Shown here: in pieces, positions 40,267 to 50,784 of the stretch | Layout of the letters: the number at the start of each line of letters is the position of its first letter | How positions within the stretch are numbered: position 1 is the first letter of the stretch | Assembly (NCBI GenBank): GCA_000002435.2 | Contig: CM018793.1 | From: Giardia intestinalis | Lineage: Eukaryota | DNA length: 64,000 nt | Strand: one strand, 5' to 3' | Notes under the pieces: model-generated | Seen by the model: only the letters and a program-made list of their open reading frames with translations | What the model was told of the DNA's origin: nothing | The model's database searches: none | Position numbers and translations under genes: made by a program

Positions 40267-43200
40267 TCACTCCCGTGTTCCTAAGGAATAGGCTCTCGAT
40301 CTAATTATTAGTACGTCCACTTCAGAAACTTTCAATCGCTGTAATAGGTCTAAAATACCATAACATAGCTCATTACCAGAGCAGTCTGCATAATGCAGTA
40401 CGAAGGATAATGATTCCAAAAGAGTAACAACATACTTTTGACGATTGTATCGTGATTCCATTAGGCTGCATATACGTCTAGGAAGTGGACTGCACTTAAG
40501 ATCCGGTAGCATAGAAGAGCTAAAGACAATGTATCTGTCTCCATAGTCTATTGTATCATCCCACTCATCAGTCAACTCATCGGCAAAATCTGCAGTTCTA
40601 AGCCAACACAGCACCTCTGTTACCATTTGCTCCACGGAGTCGCCAAATTGAACAGCAAATATCTTACCAGCCAGAGCTCGGAGCGAGATGTGTGAAGAAA
40701 ATAGAAGATGAATGACTGATTTGAAGAGCCTCAGGTTGTCACTTTGGATGCTAGGAACGTGTGCATATACAAGTCCAGCGCTGAGTATTTGCTCCACTGT
40801 ACAGTCATCTGCCCCTTTTGCATAGATAAATCTTTCGAGAGAGTTTCCGATACGTTCCAAGGCACTGGAATTGAGTCTATCAAGTAGTTTTCGCCGGTCG
40901 AGACCTGTATTATAAAAGGTTGTCTTTGCCACGGTTCCAAAGAGAGACATCCATGCGTTATGTATTTCCCAGCTTGAGCTTTTCATATGCATGATCGAAG
41001 AAATGAGGGCTTCAGATCCTATTCTACGGCTAATTGTAGACATCGTACTCTTTCCATCTCTTGATATGAACGACAGATAAAAGCCCTCTGCGAGATGAAT
41101 GTAGGAGACAAGATTATCGTAGCATGCCAGATCATCAAAGCAATTTGGGTGCCTGAGAAATCTAATGATAAAATTTGCTACAGAGTCGGTAAAAGGGGCC
41201 AGCATGGCACAATGGGTGAAGCAGAGAATTCCATTGACGATACCATATGAGCGCCGCTTGTGGGAGAAAGCCCTTGACACTGTTTTAAATCTATTAAGCA
41301 ACATCGTAGCCATGTCGGTCAGTAACTTAGAAAACTTCTGCCGAAGAGTTAACGAAAGCTCCTTTTCTAACGTGTTAATGAGGGATGAATAGAGAGAGCG
41401 GATATTTTCCGATGTTGTCTTACAGTTTAGAGTTGTTACAAAGAAGGGCACCACGGCCAGTTGACGCATTGCTTCTGTTGGATCTGTTTTAAGAAAGGAT
41501 TTCCACAAGTCTACGCATCCGAAAAGACGCCTTATGTATGACATAGGATAGGTGCTTAATAGCATTGAGAGATTCTCGCTTCTGACAGTAAACCGCTGGG
41601 ACATGAGGTAGTCATGCGTGCCTGGGCTAATGGGATATGGAAGGATCGTGTTGACAGAGAAGCGAGAGGTGTCAGGAATAACCACTTCTTGCGCTGGGTC
41701 AAAGGGGACACCGTCACTCTGTCCTTCACTAGGTCTCTCTGCAACACACTGCTCCAAGCTTAACGTTCTGCCTCCTGCAAGACAATAGTGATCTATGACT
41801 GGAACGTATATTTCTTCCGTAAGTAGCCTGCCGAACTCAGCGCTGTGCATCTCACTTGGTCGACTAATTCCAAAGGACACCCACCCCATGGGGACATGTA
41901 GACACGTGGGCATCAGTTTCAACGGCATATTGACAATAGATGCTAGCGTATTCAAGAGCTCTAGAAAGAAAGGAGTATACAACCATAACATACGATATGC
42001 AGGAGAGTTGATAGCCGCGGGCTGTCTCTTCACATATACGTCCCCAACCAGGACGGATGTTCCGTTGGGACTCGTCACCGTCTGCATCGAGCTGGTACCC
42101 GTAGAGCTACTTGAGCTTGGAGTGCCCAAAGGAGAGCGCAACCTTCTATCACGTGGTTGTGAGTTAATAGGAGACAAAACGTAGGAGACGGTAAGCAGCT
42201 TATTTGCGCCCTGATCAGTTGTATTTGCACCTTCGAATATGTAATTTAAAATCTGAGAAATACGGTATCCTGCATCGGAAACAACCTGCTTTACATCTTG
42301 CTCTGAAATACTTCGGCGTGGCTCATCCACAAAGAGGACAAGAGAGCTGGAGTTCTTACAGAGTATGAAGAAGTTCAGCAGACCAATTATTATGCCAAGA
42401 AGCTCGTCGTTCTCCACTGTCTGATACGCACTATAGGAATACTTAATGAAGTACCCAAGCATGCGCCCTATACGGATGGGGATATCCACAGTGGACGTAT
42501 CTATACTAATCGATAGAGAATAGGACACGAATGCTTTGTTGGTAGCCAATATTATAGCCTGGAAGTTACAGTTGTCGATGCACTCATCAACAAACTTTGC
42601 ACAGAGTATGTCTAAATAAGTATCTGGAAGGTGTGTGAATAGGCAAGAACCTAAGGTGAGTAGCTGCAACGTAATCATCTCATTTATGTGAAACTTTGAA
42701 ATAATACTTCCGTTGGATTCGGCTTCCTGCAAAGACGTTGTAAAGCAATCCAGGCCTCCCTGGACAAACAGAAAGTGTAAGACGCTGAGAGGAGCGTACT
42801 CTTGCGATTCGCTCCCAAGCATTCCAGGGACCAGAGCGCTTGAAAATAAGGCTGTATACTTTGATAGCAAAGGCTCTAGCTGTGCATAAACAACTTGTGC
42901 GGTGTCTCGATCAGCGCCACCAAAGAAGAATTTGAATAGTAGGGCATACTCCTTCTGGTGTAAATTGGTTCCGAAGGTATTGTTGATAGCAAGCAGAAGA
43001 GGCCCTAAGGGAAACAAAATAACTTTGCTATTAGCTGGGACACCGCAACAAAGATCGCTATAGTAGCAGTGAGTATCCATGGATGTTGTGAGAAAGTCCT
43101 TGAAAAGCCCGATCGTGCAGTCTTTAATTTGCTCATCTCCAGGAGCAAGGGATGTCACACTCAATAAAAACTGACAGAGCACCTCTTTGCTGATGTTAAT

Positions 43201-44628
43201 GTGACTTCGTAAACAGACTCTTATGAAAAGTTCATGCGGCAGTGCCTCCTGGAGTGCAGCGGGAAAGTCTCGGGTCAGCTCTTCAACCTTAAGTCGCACA
43301 ACCCCTGCGGTTGGTGCATCTCCCTCAATAAGGAATAACGCGTACAACTTGATTATCTTAAGCAGATCTTGGGAAGAAAGCGCTTTGTGGTTAATGGTGC
43401 TGATCATCCTGCTAATGAAGATAGATGCCTTTCCATGTTGAACAATAAACTTCCGCATTTCAAAGAATACTGCATCAGAAGGGAAAATGCTGAAACAGGA
43501 TAATTGTATCTCTACTAGCTTCCAGAAAGTCTTTGATTGGGTTTTATGTGTACGCAGCAAATACTCAACAGTGCGTGACACTACTCTTCCATAAATGGGC
43601 AGGGCTATTGGAGAAAGCTTATGTGGTAGCTTTGTCAATAGTCCTGAGGACGCAAAGCTATCTATAGAAACGATTGTTTCAAAGAGAGCAAGATAATATC
43701 TAGAGGACCAATCTGTCCGTGGATGTGAAATGAGGCGCTCTGCATCAGCTACAAGCATAAACAAGACTGGAGATGACTCTGGATGAAGGAATTTCAGTAG
43801 CAGTGCATATGGACAAGCGTCATCTTGTACATAGAGCCTGAAGTCCTCTGGCTGGAGGAATAGGTGGATAAGCATGCGGCCATGAGTTACATCTATCGAC
43901 TCCGTCATTGGATTGACACTCTTATTGGGGAACTTAATTGTAGATAGAAAAGCTGGATTGTGGATACTGCAGAGCCTGACGATCATTTGAAGAGACGAAG
44001 TGTATGCCTCCTTATCTTGATCTAATGTGCTAATATTTGCTAGATTGGTTTGTGAAAAGATCAATATAAAGTTTTGCAGATACAAAGCCATATCAGAAAG
44101 GCATAGATAAGTTCTCCGATCTTCTACAGATGTCGTTGTCTCACCAGAGCTTGTTGTGCGAGACGAAGCACCATAACTATCGCCAGAAAATAGTGCCTGG
44201 GTGTACAGAAGTAGGCAGTTGAACACGTGTCTGAAAGTCAATACTTCTGACGAAACACTGCTACCAAGCAAGGCTTTACAAATATCCTGCTTTGCAAACC
44301 AAGTGACAAAGTCGCTGGCGGCTCCATCTACCTTTAGAATGAGCTGTCCTAGCAAAACCCACAGCCCCTTGCATCCCGTGACGGTAGTTCCTCTGTTTTC
44401 TGGCAGTTGTATGTGGGCTAGAAGCAGCTTCAAAAAACTTCGCAGAATGTGCATTGTATGGTCGCTATCGTTGTTCTTCTCTGCAAAGCAAAGTAGAGTG
44501 GTCAGAGCAGCATCTATCTGAGACTTAACGACGCTATTATGGGCTTTAATCAATGGTGCAAGAACAGCGCTGATGTCGAGCTCGCTGGACCCTGGAATGG
44601 TCGAATAAATGGAGAGAAAGGCATTCAT
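40267..44628 (-). CDS. Very large hypothetical protein (1453 aa), Leu-rich and probably helical-repeat, no recognisable catalytic motif
   Basis: Uninterrupted 4.36-kb ORF. The ATG is preceded by TTAAAGTTATT. Confidence 0.6.
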   Translation of the reverse strand: MNAFLSIYSTIPGSSELDISAVLAPLIKAHNSVVKSQIDAALTTLLCFAEKNNDSDHTMHILRSFLKLLLAHIQLPENRGTTVTGCKGLWVLLGQLILKVDGAASDFVTWFAKQDICKALLGSSVSSEVLTFRHVFNCLLLYTQALFSGDSYGASSRTTSSGETTTSVEDRRTYLCLSDMALYLQNFILIFSQTNLANISTLDQDKEAYTSSLQMIVRLCSIHNPAFLSTIKFPNKSVNPMTESIDVTHGRMLIHLFLQPEDFRLYVQDDACPYALLLKFLHPESSPVLFMLVADAERLISHPRTDWSSRYYLALFETIVSIDSFASSGLLTKLPHKLSPIALPIYGRVVSRTVEYLLRTHKTQSKTFWKLVEIQLSCFSIFPSDAVFFEMRKFIVQHGKASIFISRMISTINHKALSSQDLLKIIKLYALFLIEGDAPTAGVVRLKVEELTRDFPAALQEALPHELFIRVCLRSHINISKEVLCQFLLSVTSLAPGDEQIKDCTIGLFKDFLTTSMDTHCYYSDLCCGVPANSKVILFPLGPLLLAINNTFGTNLHQKEYALLFKFFFGGADRDTAQVVYAQLEPLLSKYTALFSSALVPGMLGSESQEYAPLSVLHFLFVQGGLDCFTTSLQEAESNGSIISKFHINEMITLQLLTLGSCLFTHLPDTYLDILCAKFVDECIDNCNFQAIILATNKAFVSYSLSISIDTSTVDIPIRIGRMLGYFIKYSYSAYQTVENDELLGIIIGLLNFFILCKNSSSLVLFVDEPRRSISEQDVKQVVSDAGYRISQILNYIFEGANTTDQGANKLLTVSYVLSPINSQPRDRRLRSPLGTPSSSSSTGTSSMQTVTSPNGTSVLVGDVYVKRQPAAINSPAYRMLWLYTPFFLELLNTLASIVNMPLKLMPTCLHVPMGWVSFGISRPSEMHSAEFGRLLTEEIYVPVIDHYCLAGGRTLSLEQCVAERPSEGQSDGVPFDPAQEVVIPDTSRFSVNTILPYPISPGTHDYLMSQRFTVRSENLSMLLSTYPMSYIRRLFGCVDLWKSFLKTDPTEAMRQLAVVPFFVTTLNCKTTSENIRSLYSSLINTLEKELSLTLRQKFSKLLTDMATMLLNRFKTVSRAFSHKRRSYGIVNGILCFTHCAMLAPFTDSVANFIIRFLRHPNCFDDLACYDNLVSYIHLAEGFYLSFISRDGKSTMSTISRRIGSEALISSIMHMKSSSWEIHNAWMSLFGTVAKTTFYNTGLDRRKLLDRLNSSALERIGNSLERFIYAKGADDCTVEQILSAGLVYAHVPSIQSDNLRLFKSVIHLLFSSHISLRALAGKIFAVQFGDSVEQMVTEVLCWLRTADFADELTDEWDDTIDYGDRYIVFSSSMLPDLKCSPLPRRICSLMESRYNRQKYVVTLLESLSFVLHYADCSGNELCYGILDLLQRLKVSEVDVLIIRSRAYSLGTRE

Positions 44629-44772
44629 AATAACTTTAACCCTTAAGCCTTATCTTAAAATTGTTAGTGTTTTTGCATTTAGGTATACACATCCTTTTAA
44701 TCAGTAGTAGAATAAGCTAACCATAACACTGCCACTGCCACTGTCGTCTGTGATGCTTTCTTTAAAATTTAA

Positions 44773-45147
44773 ATGGACAAAAAGGAGCTCGACGCCCTAT
44801 TAGATGCTCTGTTTCCCGAGACTATGGCAGACGATACCTCAGTGACTGTCATGCCTTCGCGACTATCTTACGACTCTAAGGCAGGCCTTGGGTATGCCGT
44901 CAAGCAGACGGAGGGAGACAAAAAGATCATGGAGACATTTAGGCGCCTTGACGGCTCTGAGAGAAGAAGTGCTGCCTCAGGCAATTCAGAGCCTCATAGG
45001 CTTCTTGGGCATTCTGGGATAGCCTACACTAAGGCAAGTAACTCCCTACCCTCTGTATCTAGGGAGCCAGAGTCACGATCAAAGCTCACTATTAAGCCCC
45101 GCACAGAATCATTCTTTGATAAGATCCTTAAAAAGGTCAAAAGGTAG
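44773..45147 (+). CDS. Small hypothetical protein (124 aa)
   Basis: The ATG is preceded by the strongly A/T-rich TTTAAAATTTAA, divergent from the 1453-aa gene. Lys/Ser-rich; no homology recognised. Confidence 0.4.
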   Translation: MDKKELDALLDALFPETMADDTSVTVMPSRLSYDSKAGLGYAVKQTEGDKKIMETFRRLDGSERRSAASGNSEPHRLLGHSGIAYTKASNSLPSVSREPESRSKLTIKPRTESFFDKILKKVKR

Positions 45148-46216
45148 ACGTTGCATACACGCCCCCATCAATGGCGACCGCGAGGACATCCCGGGCTGCC
45201 GCTGCAGAGCATGCCCTTGATATAGCAGATCCTAACCTCAAAGAGGTGTTTCTACTGGCAATGTTACTGCACAGTAAGGGGTCGAGACCTTCGTGTTCAG
45301 ACTCAGTGCTTGTAGCATTCAACAGAGCTAATCTACTTTCCGTTCTACTGCACACAAGATATGGAGACACCAAGGTATTATTGTAACATAGTATGCTGTG
45401 AAGCCAGGTGAAGGTTTCACTGGGATGTTTTGCCACACGTGACATTAAAGACGCTGTGGATTTCGTATCGAGTCCATTATTGTTATCATTGTTACGTGCA
45501 TGATGACCAACGACTGTAAATAATCTGTCTGATTGGATGGTATATAGCAATGTCTTACTTTCTAAATGTGGACAGACTTCTAAAGCTAATTTGGCGGAGG
45601 TCTGGGTCGCCTTGGGGAATAGCAAGATCTCCTTCTGGGTTCGGAGATCCATTGTAAACAGGGACAGATACTGATGGCCAGCCAAGTAGAAAATGCTGTA
45701 GGGAGTCTTGGAGTAGAGGGCTAGCGCGCGAACTGGGGCAGAGTTACTAACAAAGAGTCTTTTCTTGGTTCGGATATCAATAGCCTGCATGGTCTTTCCT
45801 CCTACGAGAAAGGTCTGCATGTCCTTGCTACATGTGGTGCACGGACAGTCAGTAACTTCGGCTGGGGCAGAGGTGGTATCGTTGAAAGTAATTGCAATGG
45901 AGTCGATAGTCTTATCCAGTTCGATATCAATTAATTGTAGGACGTTAGTAAAGGTAGATGCCCCTGGCTTGTACGAGTGGAGAAAAAGACGCTGCTCAGT
46001 ATACCACTGTACATGGTATGGAGAAGCAGCTGACGATAGTGTGACTCCATTAACAGAAACGCGCTTTTGATGGCGTATGAGGACACCAGGGGGGTCAGAT
46101 GTGTGGGGAGAAATGGACATAGACAACACTGGATCTGTATAGCTACATATGTACCGAAGATGCTTTGAGGTCAGCGTCTGTACAATATGTTGATCGACGC
46201 TCTTCCGCTCCTGCAT
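45137..46216 (-). CDS. Hypothetical protein (about 359 aa)
   Basis: The ORF-track start at 46258 is a TTG. The first ATG at 46216 is preceded by CAGAAAATAAAAAGAG. No recognisable domain. Confidence 0.5.
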   Translation of the reverse strand: MQERKSVDQHIVQTLTSKHLRYICSYTDPVLSMSISPHTSDPPGVLIRHQKRVSVNGVTLSSAASPYHVQWYTEQRLFLHSYKPGASTFTNVLQLIDIELDKTIDSIAITFNDTTSAPAEVTDCPCTTCSKDMQTFLVGGKTMQAIDIRTKKRLFVSNSAPVRALALYSKTPYSIFYLAGHQYLSLFTMDLRTQKEILLFPKATQTSAKLALEVCPHLESKTLLYTIQSDRLFTVVGHHARNNDNNNGLDTKSTASLMSRVAKHPSETFTWLHSILCYNNTLVSPYLVCSRTESRLALLNATSTESEHEGLDPLLCSNIASRNTSLRLGSAISRACSAAAARDVLAVAIDGGVYATSTF

Positions 46217-46235
46217 TTCTGCACACAGGCTCTTT

Positions 46236-47114
46236 TTATTTTCTGAATCTATCTGCAAGGCTGATAGTAGTGTATCTTCTTCTATTGACGTGCATCAGTA
46301 GTGTGGTAAAGAAGCAAACATAGCATAGTAGCTGCACTGCGATGCCTGTTCGAAATTGTACAGGCACTTTAGCTCGTCTATAGAAATGAACGGCGCTATC
46401 AAGCAAGCCGAGAAAGTACATGTGGATTGCACTGATCAGGGCGAAGAGGAACCACTTATAGTTGGCCTCGTTGATGCAGCATCCGAGCCAGAAGCAGTGA
46501 TGGTCGAACCGGTCGACACAGGTGTTGCAGTATCGACAGTGGACTTGTTTTCGACGCCATCGTGGGCTGGCTCGCATAGGAAGACGGCACAGGTGACATC
46601 TTGTAGCCGAAAACGGTGCTCCGTGGTGGCTGGCGTTACTGTAGAATGCATACTGCCCGGACTTGTACCATGTAAGTACTGATGCGGATAGGAAGAGACA
46701 AATAGCAAGTAGATGGAGAGGAACCCAATGATGGGCCATGCTCAAGTGCATGATGAGGTACGTAGAGATCAGGACAGGCCCACAACGGTTCATGGGCCTC
46801 AATTTAGGCCGACGAGGATGTCCTAAGGCGTTGATAAGGGACCTAGTGTACAGTGCATACTCTGATGTCTTGCCATCGAGCAAGTCACTAATAAGTTGGA
46901 CATCGACAAGGCCTTGGGCAATCCCATAGTCGAACAACTCAACAAAATCACTCTCAAGAGCCACCTGGAGAAAGTGAGGATCTTGAAGAAGGGTAAGAAG
47001 GGCCTCGTTAAACCTTGGCCTCGAGGTGAGAGATTCGCAGGTCCGCACCAGAGCCACCGCGGCCTCTAGTTGGCCCTCTTCCAAAAGAGATAATACTGCA
47101 TCTTTACTCAGCAT
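46236..47114 (-). CDS. DHHC-type zinc-finger palmitoyltransferase
   Basis: CHLCRLPMRASPRWRRKQVHCRYCNTCVDRFDHHCFWLGCCINEANYKWF is the DHHC cysteine-rich domain, flanked by TM helices. A helical N-terminal extension precedes it. Confidence 0.8.
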   Translation of the reverse strand: MLSKDAVLSLLEEGQLEAAVALVRTCESLTSRPRFNEALLTLLQDPHFLQVALESDFVELFDYGIAQGLVDVQLISDLLDGKTSEYALYTRSLINALGHPRRPKLRPMNRCGPVLISTYLIMHLSMAHHWVPLHLLAICLFLSASVLTWYKSGQYAFYSNASHHGAPFSATRCHLCRLPMRASPRWRRKQVHCRYCNTCVDRFDHHCFWLGCCINEANYKWFLFALISAIHMYFLGLLDSAVHFYRRAKVPVQFRTGIAVQLLCYVCFFTTLLMHVNRRRYTTISLADRFRK

Positions 47115-47253
47115 GGAGGGACAGTGGATTTTATTTCCCGACCAAATTGTAAACCACCTCTGTAGACATGCAGACCATAGACTGCAGGCCAGGGTGTCGT
47201 CAAAAAGTAATTTAAAATCAAATTATGCGTACTATTTTTCACCCAGCAGCGAG

Positions 47254-47628
47254 ATGAGGCCCCGTATCAAGAAGTGCGTCAAGAAGGAGCAAGGCAACAT
47301 CCGCTTCGCTGTTGACTGCAGCGCGGGAAAAGATCTGGAGCTTAACCTCAACGAGTTTGCGGACTATGTGAGAACACACTTCAAAATTAACAATCGCAAG
47401 CACGGGGTCGCCGAGAAGGTAGCCTGTTCTGTGGAGGGAGACTCCCTCGTTATCCAAACGACAGGCTACGAGTTTGCCAAGCGCTATGTGAAGTATCTCA
47501 CCAAGCGCTTTTTGTACCAAGACTACCAGGGTGTCTTTAGAGTCCTCTCCACCGATAAGGAGACGTACACTCTCAAGCCATACACTATTGAAGACGACGA
47601 CGACGAGGCTGGCACGGATGACGAGTGA
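47254..47628 (+). CDS. RPL22: 60S ribosomal protein L22e
   Basis: IRFAVDCSAGKDLELNLNEFADYVRTHFKINNRKHGVAEKV...FAKRYVKYLTKRFLYQDY...acidic tail, which matches eukaryotic L22e (KRYLKYLTKKYLKK). The ORF-track start at 47026 is upstream read-through. The L22e-homologous sequence begins at the ATG at 47254. Confidence 0.85.
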   Translation: MRPRIKKCVKKEQGNIRFAVDCSAGKDLELNLNEFADYVRTHFKINNRKHGVAEKVACSVEGDSLVIQTTGYEFAKRYVKYLTKRFLYQDYQGVFRVLSTDKETYTLKPYTIEDDDDEAGTDDE

Positions 47629-47638
47629 AGCTCCATTA

Positions 47639-47645
47639 AGTAAAC
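47639..47645 (+). terminator. Putative polyadenylation signal AGTAAAC 11 nt after the RPL22 stop
   Basis: GAGTGAAGCTCCATTAAGTAAACGG. An AGTGAAG also overlaps the TGA stop. Confidence 0.5.
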
Positions 47646-47665
47646 GGATTACGGGTTGACGCCGG

Positions 47666-48841
47666 CTAACCACTTGTGTCTGTCTGTGCTTCCAAGCTGT
47701 TTTGGGGGATGGCGTCGGGGTTCAGGACGTCAATCTGCATGAGCGTTTTGTGCACTTGAGTGAGCGTCTCTGCAATGGCCTGATAAGCCTCACGGGGGTC
47801 TAACTCGTGTCTGGAGACGCGTGCATTCATCATTCTATCGAGGACTGCGTGCGAAATTAGGCTGTTGCAAAGAGAGCATACAGCTCGCTTGGCGGTTAGG
47901 ACGACTACTTGACCCATATACACCTGCCCAGATAGATTGTAAAAGCAAGACTCGCAAATGCTATGTCCGCAAGGAGCAAGGGCAATGATTCGGCGCGAGG
48001 GTCCGTACCGTTCGAAACACTTAGGACAGGATAGATCCAAATATGACTTAATGGAGGAAGTCGCAGCGGCAATGACATGCTTCATTTCGATATGCTGCTC
48101 CTCAAAGGATGTCCGAAGGCTTGACACACGGTTCTGCACACACCGTGCCATAATGAGCATCCTCTCCTCAATAATGCTTGGTATTTCATCCTGCTGCTTG
48201 TATCTTTGTAAGAAGGCCGTAAAATCATCTTTCGGAAGGACACCAGAAACAGCTTTGAGGTCCTCCAAGCGCTTATTTAGACCAGCAAAGAGGTTGGAGA
48301 GCCTGGCAAAGTCGGCTTCAAAGGCTGCAGAAAGCAGCTCAACCTTATTGTCATAAAGTTTATTCATAGAGGCCATGCTTTCAGCTACTGTGCGAGTTAT
48401 CTCAGTAATGTGGGAGTTGAATTTTGTTAGGAGAACGTGCGCTCTTTCATTCAAGACGTCCTCAATAGCTTCATCAGTTAAAAATCTACGGACCTGAGTA
48501 GGATCTGTGACTCCTTGAGCGGTCATTTTGTTAAGAATGAGCTGGTCCAGCCCCATGCCCACCCCTTGTGCATCTGCCTCGTATCTTAGTGCATTTTCTA
48601 GGTGGAGTATCTCTGTCACTTCGGGATTATTCTGGGTGCTACTCGGTTCTGTGTCTCGGTTCTCTGGAAGGCTTGTAAAATTGGAGACTCGAGACTCCCC
48701 GTATGGCCGGCTCGGTTGTATCGGGAAATTCTCATGAAGGCGCATTGATTTAGTAGGCTGTGCGGCATTAAGGCTCAATGAACGTACAGACAGCTGTGCA
48801 CTAAGGGCCTTTCGATCCAGATATGCCTGAATGGATTGCAT
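47666..48841 (-). CDS. Coiled-coil protein with a C-terminal RING-type zinc finger (putative E3 ligase)
   Basis: C-terminal CPKCFERY...CGHSICESC...CSLC is a C3HC4-like spacing. Long helical N-terminal region. First ATG at 48841 is preceded by TTTTATTTTTGG...AGAATAATC. The ORF-track start is a TTG. Confidence 0.6.
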   Translation of the reverse strand: MQSIQAYLDRKALSAQLSVRSLSLNAAQPTKSMRLHENFPIQPSRPYGESRVSNFTSLPENRDTEPSSTQNNPEVTEILHLENALRYEADAQGVGMGLDQLILNKMTAQGVTDPTQVRRFLTDEAIEDVLNERAHVLLTKFNSHITEITRTVAESMASMNKLYDNKVELLSAAFEADFARLSNLFAGLNKRLEDLKAVSGVLPKDDFTAFLQRYKQQDEIPSIIEERMLIMARCVQNRVSSLRTSFEEQHIEMKHVIAAATSSIKSYLDLSCPKCFERYGPSRRIIALAPCGHSICESCFYNLSGQVYMGQVVVLTAKRAVCSLCNSLISHAVLDRMMNARVSRHELDPREAYQAIAETLTQVHKTLMQIDVLNPDAIPQNSLEAQTDTSG

Positions 48842-48993
48842 GATTATTCTTCCGAGTACCAAAAATAAAACACAACACTACTGACTTAATGCTGACTTAA
48901 CTATGGCCATATAAGCTACGAGCTACTTGCCCTAGTATCGGCATCCAAACATTTTGAAGGGTATCTTAGTACTTTCAAAAGAATAATTTACAA

Positions 48994-50307
48994 TTAGCAC
49001 TCGAGGGTCACTGGAGGATCGTTGGGCGTGCTCGAGTTACAGTTACTTGAAGAGCCACCCTCAGAAGGAAGGAAAGGTGCTTCTTCTTTCAGTTTCCTTT
49101 CCGTCGTTTTGCTTCTACCCATCCAACACCCATATCTGGAAATATTGGTCTTCTTGCAGTATGGAACAATTCTGAACACGTTATTAAATATAAGCGTCCC
49201 CACGACGATAAGGACGTACCCGATAATCATGATGATTGACCCTGGGATGCTCCAGTGCTCCCATCCTATGGCCAATGAGGCCAGCCAGACAATCATTGCG
49301 CGGCAGGAGTTGAATGTGGCCCGTGTAGCCGATGATATCCGCCGGGTAACCTCCATGCCAGATACATTGAAAAGCAGCGTACTGAATGCATAGATAACTA
49401 TGAAAAGGATTTGTATAGGCTGAATAGACACTTGGTATGCCCACTCAACTGCTGACTCTAGCATTGTGGACCTTCCCGTGTCTGGACTGCCGGACCGCGA
49501 GGGATCTGGTACAAAGTTCATGATAGCAATGAGACAGGCACAGAAGCCAATACCCCACAGCCCCTCTATGCCGACACCGATCATTCCAGGAACATGAATT
49601 CTTCGGAGGAATAACTCTTCAAATATGAAGCAAAGCGCCGCAAATATCGTCCCCCCGAATCCCAGCACAACCCCTAGTACTGCGTTACGAGAGGTCCCTA
49701 TGCTGTCTCCGTACACAATAGAAACGGAAGATGCGGCTGCGATTCCTCCTGCTATAACTAGAAGGCCGATTCCGTGAGGTAGATCAAATTGCTGGCGATA
49801 GTCGCGCCAGCAGATCAGAGAAAAAAGAGCGACAAACACTACAACAAAGTTGCTGATTGTTTGCTGCACAGACACCACTACAAAGAAAATAGAAAAGTTG
49901 AGCATAACGGTTGCACCGAGATCGAAAAGTGTTGGGACAAGAAAGAGAAAGGCATGAGGACACGGTTTGAAGGGCTTCTTCTCAAGTTGCTTGATCGAAA
50001 GAGGCTCTAGGAAGCTAGTTGTTTTGGTTACCGTCTTCTTTGACCGGGTGCAAGTAATCACGCGATAGACTCCATAAAGAATTAAGCTGCAAGCCTCTCC
50101 CACGAACAGGAAGAGAGAGGTCATGTATGTGTGGTCAAAAACAACAGGAGAACCCCCCGGTCTTGCCGGAACTGGGTCCATCATACCCATGCTCTTGACT
50201 GCTATTGCCGATGACGACCCAAAGATAAGGACCCCTGCTGCACACAGCCATGCAAAGGGACTGAAGCCGGTACTGTTGACACGCTCATTGGCCGGCTTGC
50301 TCTGCAT
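48994..50307 (-). CDS. DMT-superfamily SLC35F/CRT-like transporter, paralog of the 29-1297 gene
   Basis: FLFVGEACSLILYGVYRV parallels FMFLGESICLVIFYIKR of the first gene. About 10 TM helices with colinear topology. First ATG at 50307 is preceded by CGGAAAATAGTTCCCATATTT. The ORF-track start is a TTG. Confidence 0.65.
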   Translation of the reverse strand: MQSKPANERVNSTGFSPFAWLCAAGVLIFGSSSAIAVKSMGMMDPVPARPGGSPVVFDHTYMTSLFLFVGEACSLILYGVYRVITCTRSKKTVTKTTSFLEPLSIKQLEKKPFKPCPHAFLFLVPTLFDLGATVMLNFSIFFVVVSVQQTISNFVVVFVALFSLICWRDYRQQFDLPHGIGLLVIAGGIAAASSVSIVYGDSIGTSRNAVLGVVLGFGGTIFAALCFIFEELFLRRIHVPGMIGVGIEGLWGIGFCACLIAIMNFVPDPSRSGSPDTGRSTMLESAVEWAYQVSIQPIQILFIVIYAFSTLLFNVSGMEVTRRISSATRATFNSCRAMIVWLASLAIGWEHWSIPGSIIMIIGYVLIVVGTLIFNNVFRIVPYCKKTNISRYGCWMGRSKTTERKLKEEAPFLPSEGGSSSNCNSSTPNDPPVTLEC

Positions 50308-50784
50308 AAATATGGGAACTATTTTCCGACATCTACAGAAATTATTTGGCAATAGTTGTTGCCTAGAAAAGAAATTTTCCTACACTACCATACACTACAT
50401 TAGACTTCAATTAATTCATTGATCAGTGAAAGCGAGAGGCAGAAATTTACCTTGCTTTCTCTGTCTCTAAGTCGATGAACAAGACATACTACTATTTGCA
50501 TCACGCAACTGTGCGTAGCCTTCCCCTTCTATGTCAACCTTGTTGCTTTATATGAAGCTTATTAGACGGATTTAAACATGAGTGCTATTTTCTGAAAGAG
50601 GCTTTTCTTCCATCGTGTCCCTCATTTCATGCATAGATACGATGCTATGTCCATAGTCTAACACCTTCTTTTCGGTGGCACGCTTATTGTCTATTGATAC
50701 ATGTCTTATCTACTTCCACTTTATCTTAGGGGGTGGTACTGTAAGTCTCACACTTCAATAAAGCCGGCAGACCGGGAGTCAGGT

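Noticed and set aside
47225-47253. A short intron right after an upstream ATG of RPL22 (by analogy with Rpl7a)
   Set aside because: No GTATGT or ACACACAG motifs. The candidate interval (about 21-28 nt) is shorter than any known intron of this organism.
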